DNA from: Anaerolineales bacterium
GTDB lineage: Bacteria; Chloroflexota; Anaerolineae; Anaerolineales; UBA11858
Reading direction: 5' to 3'
NCBI GenBank assembly: GCA_016785015.1
Contig: JADHTJ010000006.1
Coordinates: 18,927 to 82,926, forward strand
Length of the DNA: 64,000 bases
This document shows positions 29,123-39,507 of the stretch, piece after piece (within the stretch, counting starts at the first letter, position 1; the number at the start of each line of letters is the position of its first letter). The translations under genes were made by a program, and so were the position numbers. A model generated the notes under the pieces. It made no database searches and had not been told where the DNA came from. It saw only the letters and a program-made list of their open reading frames with translations.

Positions 29123-30646
29123 ATGTGGAATCGAACCTTAGCGATCGTATTTAGTGTGTGCCTGATCGCCACAATGTCTTTTGGTCTGGTGCAAACTGCC
29201 CTGGCAGACTGCACCCCCGATGGAACCGCGGGCAGCGACAATATCACTTGTGATACCACTACCGATATGGACGGCAATGGGGATAATGCCGATGACGCAG
29301 ATGGGGTTCACGGCGAAGGAGACAGCGACACAATCACAGTAGTAAATGGAGCCTCGACCTATGAAGTACTCGGAGACTCTAACAGCGCTGGAGGCACAGC
29401 CAATGATAACATTTCGGTTCAATCTGGCGGCGAAGTCACTGATGGTATCTCTGGCGATAGCTATGATGGAGATAATAACAGCGGAGATGACAGCATCAAC
29501 AACGCTGGCGATGTGGGTATTATCGTTGGTGACAGTTATGAGGGTGATAATAACCGAGGTAATGATACGATCAATAATAGTGGCGTAGTGTGGGGTGAAA
29601 TTGCTGGCGATAGTTATGATGGGGATAACAACAGTGGAGATGATATCATCAATAATACTGGAACTGCCGGGGCAATTTTCGGTGACAGCGTTGAGGGGAA
29701 TAATAACAGCGGCAACGACACGATCAACAACAGTGGAACCGTCGAATATATCTTTGGTGATAGTTACTGCGGTTGTGGTAACAGTGGTAATGATACGATT
29801 ACAAACTCGGGCACGGTAGAAGTCGACGTTGCCGGGAGTGGCGGTGACGACACAATTACCAACACATCAACTGGCCTGATCAAAGACTCAATCGATGGAG
29901 ATGATGGGGAAGACATCATTGAAAACTACGGCACAGTAAATGACGATATCGAAGGCGACGATGACGATGATACGATCTTGAATGCAGGTACTGTTGGAGA
30001 TGATGTCGCCGGCGACGCGGGGAACGATACAATTACTAACACCGGAGTCATTGGTGGCGATCTCGAGGGCAATGGTGGGAATGACGTCATCGAGAATAGC
30101 GGCACCGTTCATGGAAATATCGAAGCTGGATCTGGCGATGATACAGTTTCGCTTACAGGAACTCAGGTTGATGGCATCATCGACGGCGGCCCAGATACGG
30201 ATACGCTTAAATTCAGCATGAAGACCAAGAATAAATCCCTATTTGAGCAAGCCAAAGCGGCAATCGAGGCCAGCGGAGATGGCAGCTTCGCCTGGACAAA
30301 CGGACGCATCGCCTGGCAGAATTTCGAAGTGCTAATAGATAACCTTACCCTCCTTCCTGGACCTGGGCTCTCACTAAAATTCCTAGATGACAAACTACTC
30401 GTATCCATGGATACCAATGGGAAACTCTATTTCTATGGCTTGAGCGAGGGCGCTAATGTATATCTAGCGATGTTGGGTTACGATATCTGGTCGGCAGCTA
30501 GTGCTGGCCAAGTGCTATTGAATGTCAGCAATGCGAATATTAATACCAATTTGATTGTGACCTCGTTGGGCAATGGACAGATACAGGTGCAATATTATTC
30601 TTTAGAAGATGGGTCCCTTTTGAGCAATACGGTGATTTCAAGATAG
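29123..30646 (+). CDS. Secreted Gly/Asp/Asn-rich repeat protein (RTX-like or beta-helix, possibly Ca-binding)
   Basis: Sec signal (ALA-D); tandem GDS.xG.NNSG.D.INNxG and G.xG.D.I.NxG units; upstream TTGACG-N16-TATAAT. Confidence 0.8.
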   Translation: MWNRTLAIVFSVCLIATMSFGLVQTALADCTPDGTAGSDNITCDTTTDMDGNGDNADDADGVHGEGDSDTITVVNGASTYEVLGDSNSAGGTANDNISVQSGGEVTDGISGDSYDGDNNSGDDSINNAGDVGIIVGDSYEGDNNRGNDTINNSGVVWGEIAGDSYDGDNNSGDDIINNTGTAGAIFGDSVEGNNNSGNDTINNSGTVEYIFGDSYCGCGNSGNDTITNSGTVEVDVAGSGGDDTITNTSTGLIKDSIDGDDGEDIIENYGTVNDDIEGDDDDDTILNAGTVGDDVAGDAGNDTITNTGVIGGDLEGNGGNDVIENSGTVHGNIEAGSGDDTVSLTGTQVDGIIDGGPDTDTLKFSMKTKNKSLFEQAKAAIEASGDGSFAWTNGRIAWQNFEVLIDNLTLLPGPGLSLKFLDDKLLVSMDTNGKLYFYGLSEGANVYLAMLGYDIWSAASAGQVLLNVSNANINTNLIVTSLGNGQIQVQYYSLEDGSLLSNTVISR

Positions 30647-30718
30647 CAAACGCACTGAATATGCAGTGCTTAGTTGGAATATGCCGGCAAACCTCTATCC
30701 ATCTATATACAAGTGCCA

Positions 30719-30758
30719 AAAACTAAGACCGACTTCTGGTAAAGTCGGTCTTAGTTTT
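30719..30758 (+). terminator. Intrinsic terminator (bidirectional type)
   Basis: aaaactaagaccgact-N-agtcggtcttagtttt. Confidence 0.8.
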
Positions 30759-30818
30759 ATGAGACATATTAAAATTAAAAAGAAATCTGATTTGTACATA
30801 TGTTGATAAATTTTTAAT

Positions 30819-30945
30819 TGTCATGCTGAGCGCAGCGCAGCCTCTCTGCAGAGACTCTTCGGTCGGGTACACCGCTCCCTCAGACTTGTACTGAGCCTGT
30901 CGAAGTGCTTGTCCTGCGACCGAAGGAAGTGTCGAAGGAGTGACA
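30819..30945. repeat. Family A repeat with inserted short modules
   Basis: tgtcatgctgagcgcagcg...ctcaga[cttgtactgagcctgtcgaagtg...gtcgaagga]gtgaca. Confidence 0.8.
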
Positions 30946-30996
30946 GGCGTAATCAGTTTATATGAACATCAATAAATCGCTTTTCAAATAAAATCA

Positions 30997-31030
30997 AGAG
31001 CCGTGTACTTGAAAGCAGTACACGGCTCTA
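30997..31030 (-). terminator. Terminator after the amidohydrolase gene
   Basis: agagccgtgtact-N-agtacacggctct. Confidence 0.7.
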
Positions 31031-31051
31031 ATTCGTGTTTCAGTAATATGA

Positions 31052-32242
31052 TTACTGCCCCATTAGAACTTCCACTGCAGCGGCAGCCATCAAGGCAGCG
31101 GCTTGTGGTAATACATCTTCATCGAAATCAAATTTGGGGTGATGATGCTTGGCATCTAATCCCTTCTCGGTATTTGCTGAACCAATCATGAAGTAACAGC
31201 CTGGGATGACGTCCATCATAAAGGACATATCTTCAGAGCCCATGGTCTGGTATTCGGTGATCAGTGGCACGTCGGGGAACATACGCTCAGCAACAGCTTG
31301 AACCATTTTGGTAACCTTGGGGTCATTATCAACTGCCAGGGTGACATCTTCGATGACAATCTCAGTTTCACAGCCCAAGGCAGCAGCAGTCCCTTCAACG
31401 ACCTCATGGAAACGACGCAGCACCAATTCGCGAATCTCGGGTTTGAAGGTACGAATTGTGCCCTGTAAATCCACGTAGGGTGGGATAACATTGAAAGTTG
31501 AGCCGCCATGCAAATTAGTGACACTGACCACGGCGGTTTCCACTGGATCAACATTACGAGAGACGATACTCTGTAGGGCGGTGATAATCTGACCGGCAGC
31601 AAAAATGGGATCAACAGCATCACTGGGCAAAGCACCGTGGCCACCTTTCCCAGTGATACGCACCGAAAAGGTCTCAGAAGCGGCCATCACCGGCCCGGGC
31701 GCCGCGGCAATCCATCCCAAGGGTTTGGCATTCCACAAATGCAAAGACAACGATACATCAGGTCTAGGATTTTGCAAAACGCCCTCTGCAACCATACGTT
31801 CAGCTCCACCCAATCCTTCTTCAGCAGGTTGGAACACAAGCTTGACGGATCCAGGAATCTCTTTTTGATGAGCATGCAGCAGCTTTGCAACGGTCAATCC
31901 AATGGCTGTATGTCCATCATGACCACAGGCGTGCATAACGCCCAGGGTTTGCGAGGCATACTCAGCGTCAGTTTCTTCCTCAATGGGCAGGGCATCCATA
32001 TCGAAGCGCAGCAGCACCACCGGGCCAGGCTTTGTGCCCTCGATCATGGCAACCACACCTGTTTCTGCGATCCCCGTGCTGACTTCTAACCCCAAAGACC
32101 GCAGTTCCTTGGCGACAATCCCAGCCGTGCGCACTTCTTGAAATCCTAACTCCGGGTGTTGGTGAAAATCACGCCGCAAGTCGCGCGTGTATTCGAATAA
32201 TTCTTTTGCTTCAGCGTAAAAATCAGGCATGCTTGTTCTCAT
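31052..32242 (-). CDS. M20D-family amidohydrolase
   Basis: RRDFHQHPELGFQE, RFDMDALPI, MHACGHDGH, FQPAEEG, GSEDMS, HHPKFDFDE. Confidence 0.95.
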   Translation of the reverse strand: MRTSMPDFYAEAKELFEYTRDLRRDFHQHPELGFQEVRTAGIVAKELRSLGLEVSTGIAETGVVAMIEGTKPGPVVLLRFDMDALPIEEETDAEYASQTLGVMHACGHDGHTAIGLTVAKLLHAHQKEIPGSVKLVFQPAEEGLGGAERMVAEGVLQNPRPDVSLSLHLWNAKPLGWIAAAPGPVMAASETFSVRITGKGGHGALPSDAVDPIFAAGQIITALQSIVSRNVDPVETAVVSVTNLHGGSTFNVIPPYVDLQGTIRTFKPEIRELVLRRFHEVVEGTAAALGCETEIVIEDVTLAVDNDPKVTKMVQAVAERMFPDVPLITEYQTMGSEDMSFMMDVIPGCYFMIGSANTEKGLDAKHHHPKFDFDEDVLPQAAALMAAAAVEVLMGQ

Positions 32243-32352
32243 CCTTCATATAAAAATGGTAACTCAATTACCATTAGGGAACAAAGGCGCTATTCCCTAT
32301 TCCTAGTGCCGTTATAGTTTTGTGGAAATGAGTAAATGTACAAAAAAGTATT

Positions 32353-33174
32353 TTACGAGCGATCAGGATATGAAATTTCATCCGAGGAAAATTCTTTTGC
32401 CCCTTGTTCCCCCAAATTCACCAGAACCGTTTCTTTGAGAGGGTTCACCTTGAGAACGCGCCCTTCACCCATGGGCGTGATAACTATTTTCTTTACCCGA
32501 GGAAGGGTCTTGCGTAATTCAACATAGGTATCGTACTCGTACTGCAAGCAGCAGCGCAGTCGGCCGCACATTCCTGTTATTTCTGATGGAGCCAATGAGA
32601 CATTTTGCGCTTTGGCCATCTTAATCGAGATAGGGCGGAATTCATCTAAATACATTGAGCAACAGCGCGTTTCTAAACCGCAAGCTCCCATACCACCAAT
32701 GATTTTGGCAGCATCTCGCGGGCCGATCTTACGCATGCTGATCTTAGCCTCGTAGAGCTTTTCCATTTCTTTGCGCAGCGCGGTGAGTTCGAGCTTTTCA
32801 TCTTCCTCGTAGGAATACAAAAAGGTAAGTCGGCTTCCATCCAGGGTAAACTCAGCAGAAACAATCTTGACCCCCCGAAGGTTTAGGTGAGAAGTTTTTG
32901 CGCGGCAGTTCACTAATGCCTCAGCTTCTTTCTTCTCCCATACTTGCCTGGCAACCAGATCTCGTGGAGTTGCTTTGCGCAATACAGGCTTCCAAGACCC
33001 ATTTTTGGGCTTGCGAGCATCTTCAACTAATTGGGCAATCTCCCCAAGCTGACGCCCTCGACTGGTATCAACGATCACATGATCGCCAACCTGTAAATCA
33101 CGCTGCCGATTAGCACTGAAATGGTAAACCTTGCCTACTTTTTGAAATCGAACACCAACAATGAATTCAGTCAT
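32353..33174 (-). CDS. ricT: PSP1-domain protein (RicT/YaaT family)
   Basis: VGVRF...K.Y.F; GGMGACG..CC; ISIKMAK.Q; GMCGRLRCCL.YE. Confidence 0.9.
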   Translation of the reverse strand: MTEFIVGVRFQKVGKVYHFSANRQRDLQVGDHVIVDTSRGRQLGEIAQLVEDARKPKNGSWKPVLRKATPRDLVARQVWEKKEAEALVNCRAKTSHLNLRGVKIVSAEFTLDGSRLTFLYSYEEDEKLELTALRKEMEKLYEAKISMRKIGPRDAAKIIGGMGACGLETRCCSMYLDEFRPISIKMAKAQNVSLAPSEITGMCGRLRCCLQYEYDTYVELRKTLPRVKKIVITPMGEGRVLKVNPLKETVLVNLGEQGAKEFSSDEISYPDRS

Positions 33175-33299
33175 ATGAAGATTCTACCGCAAATTCGGAG
33201 AACTTTGGGATGATTTTGTTTTGAAATCAGAAACCAGGACAAAAATCATTTCGTCCTGGTTTCTTGGATCACACCCTTTAGGTGATATCTCGAATACGT

Positions 33300-34388
33300 T
33301 TAATTCGTCTCGATAAACTCGATGGGCACCACATTATCTTGTCGCATGGCAGCCACACTGACCTTAGCAGCAACATCCTCGGCGATTGCTTTTAGTGCTT
33401 TGGCGACGGGGCTATCGGGGTTGGTAATTACAATGGGTTTACCAGCATCGCCACCTACTCGGACTGCTGGGTCCATGGGAATAGCGCCAATAAAAGGCAC
33501 GCCCGTAGCCTCGGCTAATTTTTTACCACCACCGCTGCCGAAGACATCCATCTTGGTGCCATCGGGGAGTTCCAAGAAACTCATGTTTTCAACTACACCC
33601 AAAATAGGCACATCAAGCTGGCGGAACATCTCCAGACCTCGCAATGCATCGTCTAAGGAGACTTGCTGCGGCAAGGTGACAATCACACCACCGCTCAGAG
33701 GCAGTGATTGCGAAAGGCTAAGTTGAGCATCGCCAGTTCCAGGTGGCAGGTCTATCACCAGGTAATCTAGCTCATCCCATTGCACATCGGTGAGAAATTG
33801 GCGAATGGCAGAGTGCAGCATAGGCCCGCGCCAAATCAGGGGTTGATCAGGCTTGACCAGGAATCCTATGGACATCAACTGAACGCCATATGCCTCGGCA
33901 GGAACTAGTTTTTCATTTTGAGGAGGGGGCAGTTTTTCTACACCCATCATTGTGGGGATGTTGGGCCCATATATATCGGCATCCAGCAAGCCGACGCGAG
34001 CGCCGCTCTGCGCCAGCGAGACAGCCAAATTCACCGCCACCGTACTTTTCCCAACGCCGCCTTTTCCAGATGCAACGGCAATGGCATTACGCACGGGGAC
34101 ATTCAAGAGCCCGCGCGTGCGCCCATCATTGGGTACATTGGCATCCATTTTGATATCGATCTGACCGACGCCGGGGATAGCGCCCACGGCCGCCAGGGCA
34201 TCGTTCTTCATCTTGTCCTTCATCGGGCAAGCGGGGGTAGTCAACATGATAGTAAAGCTGACATCACTATCCTTGATTTCTAGATCCTGGATCATATTCA
34301 GGGTGACTAAATCTTTGCGTAGATCGGGATCATGAACCTGACTTAGGGCTTCTAGCACTGCTTCTTGAGAAACTTTTTCTTTGCTCAT
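33300..34388 (-). CDS. mrp: Mrp/ApbC/NBP35-family Fe-S carrier ATPase with N-terminal DUF59
   Basis: LTTPACP; [11 protein letters not shown]; DADIYGP; WRGPM; DLPPGTGD. Confidence 0.95.
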   Translation of the reverse strand: MSKEKVSQEAVLEALSQVHDPDLRKDLVTLNMIQDLEIKDSDVSFTIMLTTPACPMKDKMKNDALAAVGAIPGVGQIDIKMDANVPNDGRTRGLLNVPVRNAIAVASGKGGVGKSTVAVNLAVSLAQSGARVGLLDADIYGPNIPTMMGVEKLPPPQNEKLVPAEAYGVQLMSIGFLVKPDQPLIWRGPMLHSAIRQFLTDVQWDELDYLVIDLPPGTGDAQLSLSQSLPLSGGVIVTLPQQVSLDDALRGLEMFRQLDVPILGVVENMSFLELPDGTKMDVFGSGGGKKLAEATGVPFIGAIPMDPAVRVGGDAGKPIVITNPDSPVAKALKAIAEDVAAKVSVAAMRQDNVVPIEFIETN

Positions 34389-34494
34389 TCGTGTTTATCC
34401 ATTGATTTATTCTAGTATAGAGGAGGCGAAGAGTCTCAATTCCTATCGAGATTCTTCGCCTCTTGATTTTTAGATTGTTCTGAACTTTGGGAGG

Positions 34495-35136
34495 TTATTC
34501 CTTCGCGGCTGCCTTGGCGGCTGCTTTCGCTTCCCTTGCCGCAATAGCAGCAGCCTTCTTGGCCTCTTTCTCAACCCGGGCGTCCGCTTGAAGTTTATAA
34601 TTATACGGACGAATAGATTGATAATATTCAGCCGGCTTGAGTAGTTTTTCCTTATCGAAGATATTGGTTTCAAAACGATCGAAGACGGCTAACTCATAAT
34701 CATGGTCCATGATGATGGCATCGAAAGGACAGAACTCCGCACATAGACCACAATTCATACAAATATCTATGTCGATGAAGAAATTTGCCGGATCGGGGAT
34801 TGGGCGGCCCGTCTTGGGATCTTCCGAACGCTCAATCCAAATACACTGTGGAGGGCAAACCTTGGCACAGATACCACAGGAAGTACAACGCGTAGTCTGC
34901 ACTCCGGCTTCATCTTCATCATAAACCAGGAAAGGCACGAAGCGGAATTCCTCGGGGGTGGGCAATTTTTCTTCAGGGTATTGCACGGTGAACAAACCGC
35001 GCACGTCTTTACTGCTGCGATATTCGATGCCCTCATCCGTGTAGCGCTTCTTGCCCATGCGGATGTCGTCGATATACGTATCGAGAAAGTGTTTGAGGGT
35101 TACGCCTAACCCTTTGATGATTCCTTTACCGTACAT
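34495..35136 (-). CDS. nuoI: NADH-quinone oxidoreductase subunit I
   Basis: TVQYPEE; two ferredoxin motifs, CTSCGICAKVCP and CMNCGLCAEFCP. Confidence 0.93.
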   Translation of the reverse strand: MYGKGIIKGLGVTLKHFLDTYIDDIRMGKKRYTDEGIEYRSSKDVRGLFTVQYPEEKLPTPEEFRFVPFLVYDEDEAGVQTTRCTSCGICAKVCPPQCIWIERSEDPKTGRPIPDPANFFIDIDICMNCGLCAEFCPFDAIIMDHDYELAVFDRFETNIFDKEKLLKPAEYYQSIRPYNYKLQADARVEKEAKKAAAIAAREAKAAAKAAAKE

Positions 35137-35158
35137 AAATAGTTCTCCTGTTACACGC

Positions 35159-35234
35159 TACAAGGTACAAGTTGCAAGTTGCAGGTTCTATGCAATTGCT
35201 TTTTACTTGATACTTGCAACTTTATACTTGACAC
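35159..35234. repeat. Inverted arrays of 7-nt tandem units between nuoCD and nuoI
   Basis: tacaagg tacaagt tgcaagt tgcaggt ... tacttga tacttgc aacttta tacttga. Confidence 0.75.
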
Positions 35235-35238
35235 TCGT

Positions 35239-36978
35239 TCACCTGTCCGTTTCGCCTAGTACGATATCAATCGAGCCCAGGATAATTACAGCGTCAGCAA
35301 CTTTATCGCCTTCGCACATCTTGCTCAAACCCGTTAAGTTGATGAAAGATGGGGCTCGGACATGGTAACGCCAGGGATTGGCACTGCCATCGGAAACAAC
35401 ATAGAAGCCAAGCTCACCTTTGGGGGCTTCGACTCGACCATACGCCTCACCAGCCGGAACACGGATAGAATATTTAGGCTTCCCCATCATAATCTCGCCC
35501 TCAGGCAAATCGTCCAGCGCTTGCTGCAAAATGCGGATACTCTGACGGATTTCTTCCAGACGAACGAGGTAACGATCGTAAACATCGCCATGGTAAGCTA
35601 CAGCAACATCGAAATCGAAGCGGTCATAAATGCCGTAGGGATCAGCTTTGCGAACATCATAGGGCACACCAGAGGCTCGCAGCACCGGGCCAACCGCGGA
35701 GTAGCCAATTGCTTCTTCGGGGGTGAGTACACCGATTCCCTCACAACGTACGACAACAATTTCGTTTTCGGTCAGGTAGCGGTCCAACTCGTCGATCTTG
35801 CGCGGCAGACGCTCAAAGGCAAGATCACGCATCTTTTGCTCCACCCCAGCTGGGAGGTCGCGAACCAGTCCGCCAAAACGAAAGTAGTTGCACATCATGC
35901 GCGATCCAGCCGCAGCCTCGAAAATATCCAAAATCAATTCGCGTTCTGTGAGCGCATAAAGCATTGGAGTGAAGTAGGCACCCAAGTCATTCAGCAATGC
36001 ACCGATGGCCATTAAGTGGTTGGCAATACGGGTGAATTCAGACATGATCACGCGGATATATTCGGCGCGCTCAGGCACTACAACCTTGGGTCCCAAAAGT
36101 TTCTCAACAGCCTGCACATACCCCCAATTGGCGGTCATCGATGAAAGATAATCCAAGCGATCGGTAAAGGGGATATTCATCAGATAAGTATTGCGCTCAC
36201 CGATCTTTTCATGATTGCGGTGCAGATAACCCATCACCGGCCTAAGCTTGACAATCGTCTCTCCATCCAGGGTGGCTACCATGCGGAAAACACCATGGGT
36301 CGAGGGATGCTGTGGGCCTAAGTTGACCACAATCTGATCAGTGTGCATGGGATCATCAGATTCGATCTCTGTCATTCCTGCATAAACGGCGGTTTCGCCT
36401 TCGGGAGTCCATTTTTCGGGATCAAAGCCCTCTGGATACAGCACGTTTTTTGTGAAAGGATTCTCGTCCTCAGCTCGATACACATCGCCTCCGGGCCAGC
36501 GAGCATCGAATGGCTTGGTATCGTTTTCGTGGAAGGCTTCCTTCCAATCTTTGCGCAGCGGGTGACCTTCGAAGCCCTCCCACATCAGAATCCGCCGAAG
36601 GTCTGGGTGACCTTCAAACTTTATACCTAACAGATCCCAAGCTTCGCGTTCTTGAAAATCGGCGCCGAGGAAAACATCATAGAGGGACGGTACAACTGGG
36701 GCTTGGCGTGGCACCTGTACCTTGAAGATTAGTGCGCCCCCGCCGGTGGATTTGTACATATGGTAGACGACTTCCATCTTCTCTTCGGGCAGGTAATCGA
36801 CACCCGTAACAGAGGAGAGGAAATCATAACCAAACTCATCTCGTAAGGCTGTTGCAAATTCGATCAGCTTGTCCGCTTCTACGATATAACCTTCGTAGCC
36901 CGTGCGTTCATCCAGGGTAACGCCGTCCGAGAAGCGGGTTTCAATATTTTTGGAAATAGCCATTGTTGTTTCTGTCAT
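35239..36978 (-). CDS. nuoCD: NADH-quinone oxidoreductase fused subunits C/D
   Basis: [18 protein letters not shown] (NuoC); [40 protein letters not shown] (NuoD); likely start ATG 36978. Confidence 0.95.
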   Translation of the reverse strand: MTETTMAISKNIETRFSDGVTLDERTGYEGYIVEADKLIEFATALRDEFGYDFLSSVTGVDYLPEEKMEVVYHMYKSTGGGALIFKVQVPRQAPVVPSLYDVFLGADFQEREAWDLLGIKFEGHPDLRRILMWEGFEGHPLRKDWKEAFHENDTKPFDARWPGGDVYRAEDENPFTKNVLYPEGFDPEKWTPEGETAVYAGMTEIESDDPMHTDQIVVNLGPQHPSTHGVFRMVATLDGETIVKLRPVMGYLHRNHEKIGERNTYLMNIPFTDRLDYLSSMTANWGYVQAVEKLLGPKVVVPERAEYIRVIMSEFTRIANHLMAIGALLNDLGAYFTPMLYALTERELILDIFEAAAGSRMMCNYFRFGGLVRDLPAGVEQKMRDLAFERLPRKIDELDRYLTENEIVVVRCEGIGVLTPEEAIGYSAVGPVLRASGVPYDVRKADPYGIYDRFDFDVAVAYHGDVYDRYLVRLEEIRQSIRILQQALDDLPEGEIMMGKPKYSIRVPAGEAYGRVEAPKGELGFYVVSDGSANPWRYHVRAPSFINLTGLSKMCEGDKVADAVIILGSIDIVLGETDR

Positions 36979-36991
36979 ATTTGTTCTCCAG

Positions 36992-37636
36992 CTATACTTC
37001 TTCCGGCTCTGCGACAACCGCTTGCGCCTTGGCCAGCTTTTCCGCAAATTCTGGGTAATCGCGCGGGTCAATAAGATCAGGTCCCAAAATGGGGATTGGG
37101 ATGGCGGGCAAATCTCCCTTTTGATACCAGCGAACTTCTTTGAGGGATTGATTATCGATCATTTCCTGCACTCTCATCAGGCCAAATAGGAGCGCCTGAG
37201 GCGTCGGAGGGCAACCGGGAATATATACATCCACCGGTAAGAATTTGTCGATTCCGGAAACAACGTTATAGCCTTCTTTGAAGGGGCCACCACCGGAAGC
37301 ACAGGCACCCATAGCAACGACATACTTTGGTTCGGGCATCTGGTTATAGAGGCGCACGATTTGGGGAACCATCTTCTTGGTGACTGTGCCGGAAACCAGC
37401 ATCAGGTCGGCCTGACGCGGGCTGGGCCTCATGATTTCCATGCCGAAGCGGGAGAAATCGAAGCGGGAGGCTGCGGTACAGATCATCTCGATTGCGCAGC
37501 AGGCCAAACCAAACATCATCGGCCAGACAGAATAGCGCCTACCCCAGTTGTAAATCTTATCCAGAGTCGTAATGGCAACAACATTCTGCATCTCGGGCGG
37601 AACATCGTAACCTTGTGAGTTGATATCCTCAGACAT
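36992..37636 (-). CDS. nuoB: NADH-quinone oxidoreductase subunit B
   Basis: [35 protein letters not shown]. Confidence 0.96.
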   Translation of the reverse strand: MSEDINSQGYDVPPEMQNVVAITTLDKIYNWGRRYSVWPMMFGLACCAIEMICTAASRFDFSRFGMEIMRPSPRQADLMLVSGTVTKKMVPQIVRLYNQMPEPKYVVAMGACASGGGPFKEGYNVVSGIDKFLPVDVYIPGCPPTPQALLFGLMRVQEMIDNQSLKEVRWYQKGDLPAIPIPILGPDLIDPRDYPEFAEKLAKAQAVVAEPEEV

Positions 37637-37699
37637 TATTTACTCCTCGATTTTTGAAAGTAGAGGTTGGATATTAATTGTGGAAAAACAACGACCCTA

Positions 37700-37770
37700 A
37701 TTATACCTGCGCGAATTAGCGTGTCAACGCAGATTAACGCAAATAATTATTTGCGTTAATAAGGTATAAT
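37700..37770. promoter_or_regulatory. Divergent promoters with a perfect 28-bp palindrome (candidate operator)
   Basis: Minus strand TTGACA-N16-TATAAT (37727-37700); palindrome attaacgcaaataattatttgcgttaat at 37733-37760; plus strand TATAAT at 37765. Confidence 0.75.
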
Positions 37771-37779
37771 TCCGAAGTT

Positions 37780-38373
37780 ATGCCCAATACGCGTGCCCAA
37801 ATTCTTGAATATATTCGCTCTCACCAGATGGCATCTGCGCTAGAGATCAGCCGCGCCCTGCCAATGACCCCGGCAAATGCGCGTCATCATCTGAGCGCTC
37901 TTGAACGAGAGAACATAATCGAGGTGGTTGGCAATCGCTCAGCAAAGGGGCGCGGCAGACCGACAAAGCTCTTTGCATTAACCCATCAGGCCATGGACCA
38001 CAATATCGACCTTTTGGTGGATGCTATGCTGAAAGTGTTGAAATGCGAAGATGATCTTGAAGAGCAATTCTCAAGACTTGTCCCCCATCTCTTTGGAGAG
38101 ATCGAAGGCAGTGCTGCTCCGTTTGCGAAACTAAATAAAACCGTATTACGCTTAAACGAAATGAACTATCAGGCGCGCTGGGAAGCCTCGCCTGAAGGCC
38201 CGCGCGTGATCTTGGGGCATTGCCCTTATGCGGCTATTCTGGCCGAAAACCCTGAGTTGTGTCAGATGGATGCAGTATTTTTGGCATCTCAACTCGATCA
38301 AAAAATTGAGCAGGTGGCCAAGCTAGAGCGTGGGCCTCAGGGAATCCCCCACTGTATTTTTTCGGTACGATAA
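37780..38373 (+). CDS. SufR-like HTH regulator with C-terminal Cys motif
   Basis: TR..IL...HTH...RHHL..LE...GRGRP; HCPY......PELC...C. Confidence 0.8.
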   Translation: MPNTRAQILEYIRSHQMASALEISRALPMTPANARHHLSALERENIIEVVGNRSAKGRGRPTKLFALTHQAMDHNIDLLVDAMLKVLKCEDDLEEQFSRLVPHLFGEIEGSAAPFAKLNKTVLRLNEMNYQARWEASPEGPRVILGHCPYAAILAENPELCQMDAVFLASQLDQKIEQVAKLERGPQGIPHCIFSVR

Positions 38374-38423
38374 ATAGAAAAAGCGAATTTGATTCCAATT
38401 TCAGTAGATCACAGATTGACTAA

Positions 38424-38528
38424 TTGATGTTACGCAACCTAATGAGAATCTCCCTGGAATAGGGGGTGGGGGCCAGAGCCCCCCACCCCCTATTCCAGGG
38501 AAACCTCGCAACGTGTGCGTAACATGAA
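38424..38528. mobile_element. MITE-like element, copy of 6587-6691
   Basis: ttgatgttacgca...tgcgtaacatgaa; flanks tgactaa/tgacgaa. Confidence 0.8.
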
Positions 38529-38652
38529 TGACGAATTCTGATATCATTGCGAACGGAGTGAAGCAATCTCCCCCCTTTACTTGGGGATTGCTTGGGCACA
38601 AAACGCCTCGCAAATACACAAAATCGTGATCCACTTAATTTGAAAGACCCTT

Positions 38653-39507
38653 ATGCCACATTTTTCTCTCATACTATTCGAATTAATCATGTTGCTGCTG
38701 CTGGCATTCTGTCTTCGTCATGCATGGCAGCATGCAGGCTGGCTGAGAGTTTGGGAATTCAGTTCGGGGGTAGTTTTCGGCTGGCTGCTCGAATGGGCGA
38801 CCATCATGCAGTTGAGTGCATACGAATACGGCGATTTTGTACTTAAAATTGGGCCCCTGCCATTAGGCGTAGGCATTGGCTGGGGAGTTATTATTTACAC
38901 TGCCATGCTCTTCTCAGATGCCAGCAGCTTACCCCTATGGGCGCGCCCCATCTCTGATGCACTCATGGCTCTCAACATAGATTTAGCCATGGACGCAATT
39001 GCAATCCGTTTAGGCATGTGGGATTGGGGGCGCAGCCTTTCTTCTGAGTATTTTGGTGTACCCTTTGCTAATTTTTGGGCCTGGTTTTGGGTAGTGTTTT
39101 CATTTTCACTTGCATTAAGAACCCTCAAACAAGTATCATATAGTGGCTGGCGATGGCTGGCTCCACTTGGTGCCATCGTCTTAGGTACTTTGGGTGTGCT
39201 AGGCACCAATACCATGATCGTCGATCTTTTTATCCCTGCCGGACTGTATGAGCCTTCAGTTGCAGTAATCGTCTTCGGTGCTTTGGGTTTATTGGTTTAT
39301 CTACGCCCGAAATACAATTTACACCCTTTAGATCATTTGGTATTCTGGGTACCCTTTACTTTCCATATATATTTCCTGATTATTGGCCTAGTAACAGGCG
39401 TAATCTTACAACCCGTAATTCTATTAATAATCAGTATCATTATGTTTGTCGTTTCTGTATATTTGCATCTCGACCATTTGCCATTCTGGAGAAAAAATGA
39501 AATCTAA
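38653..39507 (+). CDS. CruF/DUF422-like membrane protein (carotenoid biosynthesis protein family)
   Basis: Multi-TM; E......Y.Y....GPLPL....W; D...D..A...G.W.W; YFGVP..NF.AW. Confidence 0.7.
   Translation: MPHFSLILFELIMLLLLAFCLRHAWQHAGWLRVWEFSSGVVFGWLLEWATIMQLSAYEYGDFVLKIGPLPLGVGIGWGVIIYTAMLFSDASSLPLWARPISDALMALNIDLAMDAIAIRLGMWDWGRSLSSEYFGVPFANFWAWFWVVFSFSLALRTLKQVSYSGWRWLAPLGAIVLGTLGVLGTNTMIVDLFIPAGLYEPSVAVIVFGALGLLVYLRPKYNLHPLDHLVFWVPFTFHIYFLIIGLVTGVILQPVILLIISIIMFVVSVYLHLDHLPFWRKNEI

Noticed and set aside
35239-37636. Group 4 [NiFe]-hydrogenase
   Set aside because: The large subunit has DRLDY and [12 protein letters not shown], without the CxxC Ni-binding motifs, so it is complex I NuoD.
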